DNA of 64,000 nt. It comes from Tubulanus polymorphus (Eukaryota > Animalia > Nemertea). Position numbers and translations under genes: made by a program. The DNA lies in NCBI RefSeq assembly GCF_964204645.1, contig NC_134029.1, positions 11,000,850 through 11,064,849 on the forward strand, in the 5' to 3' direction. Of the stretch, positions 57,313 to 64,000 are shown one piece after another. Every line of letters begins with the position of its first letter. Position 1 is the stretch's first letter. The notes under the pieces were generated by a model that had not been told where the DNA came from, made no database searches, and saw nothing but the letters and a program-made list of their open reading frames with translations.

Positions 57313-59280
57313 TAGGTGGGAAAAAGTTTTTCCACAATTAATTGATACCTAAGCATAATGTGTTACTATATTCAATTGGAAAGTTGTAGCCCATAACGTG
57401 TTCTATGATTTTGGTGAGTTTCAAGGTCATTGGTTTTTGTATGTGGCCATTAGGGGGCGTTGAATAATACAATAACTTAGTATCGCTATATTATATTTGT
57501 ACCAAGGCATATTTTGTTACCATGATCAATGGCAAAGTTGTAGTTCATGAAATCGTCTATGATTGTGGTGAGTTTTTAAGGACATTAGTTATTCCATATA
57601 GTCACCAGGGGGCGTTGAATAGTAGAAAAGCTTAGTTTTTCCTTATTAGATTGGTACCTAGGCATAGTTTGTTACCACGATCCATTGCAAAGTTGTAGTT
57701 CATGACATCGGCTATGATTGTGGTGAGTTTTTGAGGACATTAGTTATTCCATATAGTCACCAGGGGGCGCTGAATAGTAGAATGGCTTCGTATTTCCTTA
57801 TTAGATTGGTACCTAGGCATATTTTGTTACTGTGATCAATTGCAAAGTTGTATTTCATGACATGTACTACGATTGTGGTGAGTTTTAAGGTCATTGGGTT
57901 TTGAATATGGTCACCAGGGGGCGTTGAATAGTAGAATAACTTAGTATTTCCATATTAAAGTTTTAAAGACGCTTCAAGGTAATGTCTTGATATTTGGTTT
58001 ATACATGTATCTACCCTAGACACATAGTCAGCCCAAAAACTGGCCCTGTCAGATTCAAGATGGCCGACTGGCAGCCATTGTTGTTTGCCAAAATCAGCAC
58101 TTTTTAAACATTTTCGAAGTTTTCGTGGGAAATTTTGAAGACGCTTTGATCAATTACCTTGATCTTTCGTTTATAATTGAATCTACCAAAGGCCCATCAG
58201 CATAAGAAAATTGGGTCGATCTGACTCAAGATGGCCGTCCTATGACCTTTTTAGTGCCGAAAAATGTCAATTTTGGCCAGAATTCTAGGTCCTGTAGCTT
58301 CCTACTGGTTTGCCATTTCTCATTGCAATTGCTGATGGATATTCTTTAGAGAGGGATGTTTTATACCTGGGACAGGTATTTTTGATCAGCCAATTATGAC
58401 GCAATTGGCGGCCATCTTGGTGTCATCAGTACTCATTCGTAGGTGGGAAAAAGTTTTTCCACAATTAATTGATACCTAAGCATATTGTGTTACTATATTC
58501 AATTGGAAAGTTGTAGCCCATAACGTGTTCTATGATTTTGGTGAGTTTCAAGGTCATTGGTTTTTGTATGTAGCCATCAGGGGGCGTTGAATAATACAAT
58601 AACTTAGTATCGCTATATTATATTTGTACCCAGGCATATTTTGTTACCACGATCAATGGCAAAGTTGTAGTTCATGACATCGTCTATGGTTGTGGTGAGT
58701 TTTTAAGGACATTAGTTATTCCATATAGTCACCAGGGGGCGTTGAATAGTAGAAAAGCTTAGTTTTTCCTTATTAGATTGGTACCTAGGCATAGTTTGTT
58801 ACCACGATCCATTGCAAAGTTGTAGTTCATGACATCGTCTATGATTGTGGTGAGTTTTTAAGGACATTAGTTATTCCATATAGTCGCCAGGGGGCGCTGA
58901 ATAGTAGAATGGCTTAGTATTTCCTTATTAGATTGGTACCTAGGCATATTTTGTTACTATGATCAATTGCAAAGTTGTATTATATGACATGTACTACGAT
59001 TGTGGTGAGTTTTAAGGTCATTGGGTTTTGCATATGGTCACCAGGGGTCGTTGAATAGTAGAATAACTTAGTATTTCCATATTAAATTGGTAACGAGGCA
59101 TATTTTGTTATCACAATCGATTACAAAATCATAGCTGCTCACATGTTCTATGATAGTGGTGAGTTTCAAGGTCATTGGTTTTTGTATATGGTCACTAGAG
59201 GGCGTTATGTATTGAAATTGTTAGATTGTTGAGCATTTGAAACCACTGCCCAAGTGAGCATGGTGTCCCTGGACCCCTAG

Positions 59281-59580
59281 TTTGGTTTTGTCGCCAGCGA
59301 CAATTCATTATTTTGGTTTTGTCGCACGCACCAATTCAATAGTTTGTTTTTGTCGTCCGCGACACTTCATTATTTTGGTTTTATCGCCCGCAACAATTCA
59401 ATATTTTGGTTTTAACGCCCGCGGAAATTCATTATTGTGGTTTTATCGCACGCGACAATTCATTATTTTGGTTTTATCGCCCGCGACAATTCATTATTTT
59501 TGTTTTGTCGCCCGTGACAATTCAATATTTTGGTTTATTCACCCGCGACAATTCATAATTTTGGTTTTGTCGCCCGTGGT
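59281..59580 (+). repeat. 31-bp satellite, short array
   Basis: Same monomer as 37035-38020. Confidence 0.85.
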
Positions 59581-61299
59581 TTTGTCGGAACATTAAGTTT
59601 TTGGTCGAACAGTGTGTTAAGGTTGTTTTGGAAATTTACTCGGTCTGGTATATTTTGGATTACTGTGTATGTCATTTGTCAGGACATTAAACAGAAGACG
59701 ACTTAGGATACTACCTTGCGTGACTCCACTAGTTAGACCGTCTCATTCCAAGATGAGGCGTTCCGTTGATTTCGGTTACAAGTTTCCGTTCAGAGATAAC
59801 TGCTGTGCCATTTGGGCGACCTATCATTGATACTGTTTCCTAATAGCCTGTTCAGTAATGGCTGATGTTGAGCCTTATCAAATGCTTTGTTGAAATCCAC
59901 CGTTGAACAGGATTCTAAGACTGTGCAGAAAACCCGTTATCGCTGCTTTGCAGCTATATTTATTATTATTTTCTTCCACACTATTTTTACCAAAAGAACA
60001 TAGGCTTTGTTACCTTACCGCTGTTTCATATACAATCCATATAATATCGTTCAGCTCACTGAGATCTACAAATAGCCCGCGTGTTTTTTCACGAATCATC
60101 GTTACAAAAGCGCTGTCGGGCCGTAAACATCGAAAATTTAGCCCCATTCAATGGGGCGACATGTTTTTCGAGTCGTCATCCCGAAATCAACCCGCAGGCC
60201 GACTGTCACTTCGATTATCAATTCAAGTATAAATGAACTAATTTATTGCCGCAGACTTCAAATTCAGTCGCGGTCTTCAAACAGTGATTTTAACAATAGC
60301 CCATTTCCTCATCAAATCATATTACCGATACACTGGAAATTTACTACTTTAGATTTTAAAAGCACTGTCGAGCCGTAAACATCGACGAATCGACGTGTGT
60401 TACTACATCGTCGTTCCGGGGATCAGCTGCGAGTTTCTCCTCATCATGAGAATCAAATCGAGTACAAATTAATTTATTACTACCAGTGATTTGGCTGCGG
60501 GTTTCAAGGAGTTAGTATAACAATACCTATTTTTCTTTACCGAATTAACCGTTCATTACCAAGATAAATCTTTAGTGTACCGGGGAATCGTAGGCCTAAA
60601 CTAAACACGCCGAAGAGATATAGCGGAGAAAAGCTGTTATGTCGACGAGGTATCAAAATAAAAGAATATATTACTTTATTCGGCCGCGGGCTTCAACCTC
60701 TATATCAATAGCATCAATACTCTATATTTCCTACAGTACATACCGATCATTGTCAAATGCACAAGGTATTTACTAAATACAAGTATATAACACAATCCTA
60801 TCCGTATGCTGGACTCACACTTGACATTCGGAGTAAGCGTTCGCTGTGGGGGAAAGGGATCGTTCGCTGTGTCGTGTCGCTTGAAGTGTTTATCGAGTTT
60901 GACGCGGCTTTAGGCCTACCGGTACTGACCTTAACTGTCTCAAACAAACACAGTACAATTGCGTTTATTAACGGACTCATTGGATTGAACTTCAAAACAA
61001 AATTTACGATATTTAGGTGGGTTGTTAAATTCAATAGGCCTACGACCAATCTGTCCGGATGTTAGGCCTACGCATATACAAAGGCCTACATAGGCTAGTA
61101 GCCTCTACTAGGTTAAGCGTTCGCTGTGGGGGAAAGGAGATCGTTCGCTGTGTCGCTTGAAGTGTTTATCGAGTTTTACGCGACCTTAAGGCTTTAGTAT
61201 GGTGGCTGATAAGGGCCATGCGTAAAAAAAACACGTATATGCGAATGAGGGCGACATTATGACAAAACGACAAAACTAAAATAACGCGACAAAACAATA

Positions 61300-63085
61300 A
61301 TTTTGGTTTTGTCGCCGGCGACAATTCATTATTTTGGTTTTATCGCCCGCGACAATTCATTATTTTGGTTTTATCGCCCGCGACAATTCATTAATTTGGT
61401 TTTGTCACCCGCGACAAAACAATATTTTGGTTTTGTCGCCCACGACAATTCAATAATTTGGTTTTATCGCCCGCGACAATTCATTATTTTGGTTTTATCG
61501 CCCGCGACAATTCATTATTTTGGTTTTGTCGCACGCGACAATGGCGACAATTCAAGATTTTGGTTTTATCCCCCGCGACAATTCATTTTTTTGGATTTGT
61601 CGCCCACGACAATTCAATATTTTGGTTTTATCGCCCGCGACGATTCATTATTTTGGTTTTATCGCCCGCGACAGTTTTTTTTTCTTTTTGTCGCGGTTTT
61701 ATCGCCTGCGACACTTCAATATTTTGGTTTTATCGCCTGCGACAATTCATTATTTTGGTTTTATCGCCTGCGACAATTCATTAGTTTGGTTTTGTCGCCC
61801 GCAACAATTGAATATTTTGGTTTTGTCGCCCGCGACAATTCATGATTTTGGTTTTCTCGCCCGCGACAATTCATTTTTTTGGTTTTATCGCCTGCGACAA
61901 TTTATTATTTTGGTTTTATCGCCCGCGACAATTCATTAGTTTGGTTTTGTCGTCGCGACAATTGAATATTTTGTTTGTGTCGCCCGCGACAATTCATTAT
62001 TTTGGTTTTATCGCCCGCGACAATTCATTTTTTGGATTTGTCGCCCGTGAATATTCAATATTCTGGTTTTATCGCCCGCGACAATTCATTATTTTGGTTT
62101 TATCGCCCGCGACAATTTTTTTTTCTTTTTGTCGCGGTTTATCGCCTGCGACACTTCAATATTTTGGTTTATCGCCTGCGACAATTCATTATTTTGGTTT
62201 TATCGCCTGCGACAATTCATTAATTTGGTTTTGTCACCCGCGACAAAACAATATTTTGGTTTTGTCGCCCACGACAATTCATTATTTTGGTTTTATCGCC
62301 CGCGACAGTTTTTTTTTCTTTTTGTCGCGGTTTTATCGCCTGCGACACTTCAATATTTTGGTTTTATCGCCTGCGACAATTCATTATTTTGGTTTTATCG
62401 CCCGCGACAATTCATTATTTTGGTTTTATCGCCCGCGACAATTCATTATTTTGGTTTTGTCGCACGCGACAATGGCGACAATTCAAGATTTTGGTTTTAC
62501 CACCCGCGACAATTCATTAGTTTGGTTTTGTCGCCCGCGACAATTGAATATTTTGGTTTTGTCGCCCGCGACAATTCATGATTTTGGTTTTATAGCCAGC
62601 GACAATTCATTTTTTTGGTTTTATCGCCTGCGACAATTTATTATTTTGGTTTTATCGCCGCGACAATCCATTAGTTTGGTTTTATCGCCCGCGACAATTC
62701 AATATTTTGGTTTTATCGCCCACGACAATTCATTATTTTGGTTTTATATTTTGTTTTTATCGCCCGTGCCAATTCAATATTTTGTTTTTATCGCCCGCGA
62801 CAATTCATTATTTTGGTTTTGTCGCCCGCGACAATTCATTATTTTGATTTTCTCGCCCGCGACGATTCAATGTTTTGTTTTTGTCGCCCGAGACGATTCA
62901 TTATTTTGGTTTTGTCGCCCATGACAATTCATTATTTTGATTTTGTCGCCTGCAACGATTCATTATTTTGGTTTTATTGCCCGCGACAATTCAATATTTT
63001 TGTTTTATCGCCCGCGACAATTCATTAGTTTGGTTTTGTCGCCCACGACAATTCAATATTTTGGTTTTGTCGCCCGCGACAATTA
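61300..63085 (+). repeat. 31-bp satellite array with higher-order duplications
   Basis: Same monomer; diagnostic variants (gcacgcgacaatggcgac; ctttttgtcgcggttt) recur. Confidence 0.92.
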
Positions 63086-63089
63086 TTTT

Positions 63090-64000
63090 TCAGTCCACTT
63101 GGGACTTTAGTCCCAGCGGGCTATTGCGTTCACTTTTCGTCCGTCCGTCCGTCCATAGACGGAATCCAGTTATTTTGGGAAGTTTTGAAGACGCTTCAAG
63201 GTAATGTCTTGATATTTGGTTTATACATGTATCTACCCTAGACACATCGTCAGCCCAAAAACTGGCCCTGTCAGATTTAAGATGGCCGACTGGCAGCCAT
63301 TGTTGTTTGCCAAAATCAGCACTTTTTAAACATTTTCGAAGTTTTCGTGGGAAATTTTGAAGACGCTTTGATCAATTACCTTGATCTTTCGTTTATATTT
63401 GAATCTACCAAAGGCCCATCAGCATAAGAAAATTGGGTCGATCTGACTCAAGATGGCCGTCCTATGACCTTTTTAGTGCCCAAAAATGTCAATTTTGGCC
63501 AGAATTCTAGGTCACGTAGCTTCCTACTGGTTTGCCATTTCTCATTGCAATTGCTGTTGGGTATTCTTTAGACAGGGATGTTTTATACCTGGGACAGGTA
63601 TTTTTGATCAGCCAATTATGACGCAATTGGCGGCCATCTTGGTGTCATCAGTACTCATTCGTAGGTGGGAAAAAATTTTTCCACATTAAATTGATACCTA
63701 AGCATATTGTGTTACTATATTCAATTGGAAAGTTGCAGCCCATAACGTGTTCTATGATTTTGGTGAGTTTCAAGGTCATTGGTTTTTGTATGTGGCCATC
63801 AGGGGGCGTTGAATAATACAATAACTTAGTATTGCTATATTTGTACCAAGGCATATTTTGTTACCACGATCAATTGCAAAGTTGTAGTTCATGACATCGT
63901 CTATGATTGTGGTGAGTTTTTAAGGACATTAGTTATTCCATATAGTCACCAGGGGGCGTTGAATAGTAGAATGGCTTATGTTTCCTTATTAGATTGGTAC
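63090..64000 (+). mobile_element. HINE copy running off the window end
   Basis: Near-identical to 38026-38415 and 57959-58760. Confidence 0.78.

Larger units (their letters stand above)
38026..59282 (+). mobile_element. HINE copy split by the Polinton insertion (38026-38415 and 57313-59282) with an internal ~1.1-kb duplication
   Basis: 5' end matches 63090; 57959-58257 repeats 38117-38415; 57313-57958 repeats 58440-59087; 3' end ggacccctagtt. Confidence 0.75.

Noticed and set aside
61300-63085. CRISPR-like appearance of palindromic 31-bp repeats
   Set aside because: Monomers are head-to-tail with no unique spacers, there are no cas genes and the context is eukaryotic

Overview
AT-rich eukaryotic genomic DNA, probably a marine invertebrate animal (inference). 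The left half holds a five-exon SAXO/FAM154-family axonemal microtubule-stabiliser gene on the minus strand (468 aa spliced), a decayed BEL/Pao retrotransposon and many MITEs. It also holds a 2.65-kb non-autonomous DNA transposon carrying a fossil fragment of a Polinton and a Penelope-like fragment. The right half is a macro-repeat region (31-bp satellite, Helentron-type non-autonomous elements with 155-bp CTCF-motif repeats, a LINE RT fragment). It contains an almost intact 18.3-kb Polinton/Maverick (adintovirus-like) endogenous virus at 38971-57312. That element encodes pPolB, a putative SSB, penton, major capsid protein, packaging ATPase, rve integrase-chromodomain, an HNH nuclease and a zinc-finger protein. 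It also has a block of membrane proteins and no recognisable adenain protease. Most notable observations: (1) 445-bp TIRs whose outer ~266 bp fold into a long imperfect hairpin, with covarying changes in a second terminus variant; (2) two classes of compact TAAATG-containing upstream motifs that partition roughly between replication genes and structural genes; (3) a membrane-protein-rich, protease-less gene set; (4) a dense footprint-like mutation signature converting TA to TAGGCCTA/TAGGCTA, shown directly by paired repeat arms. All family assignments come from motif recognition by eye; no searches were run.
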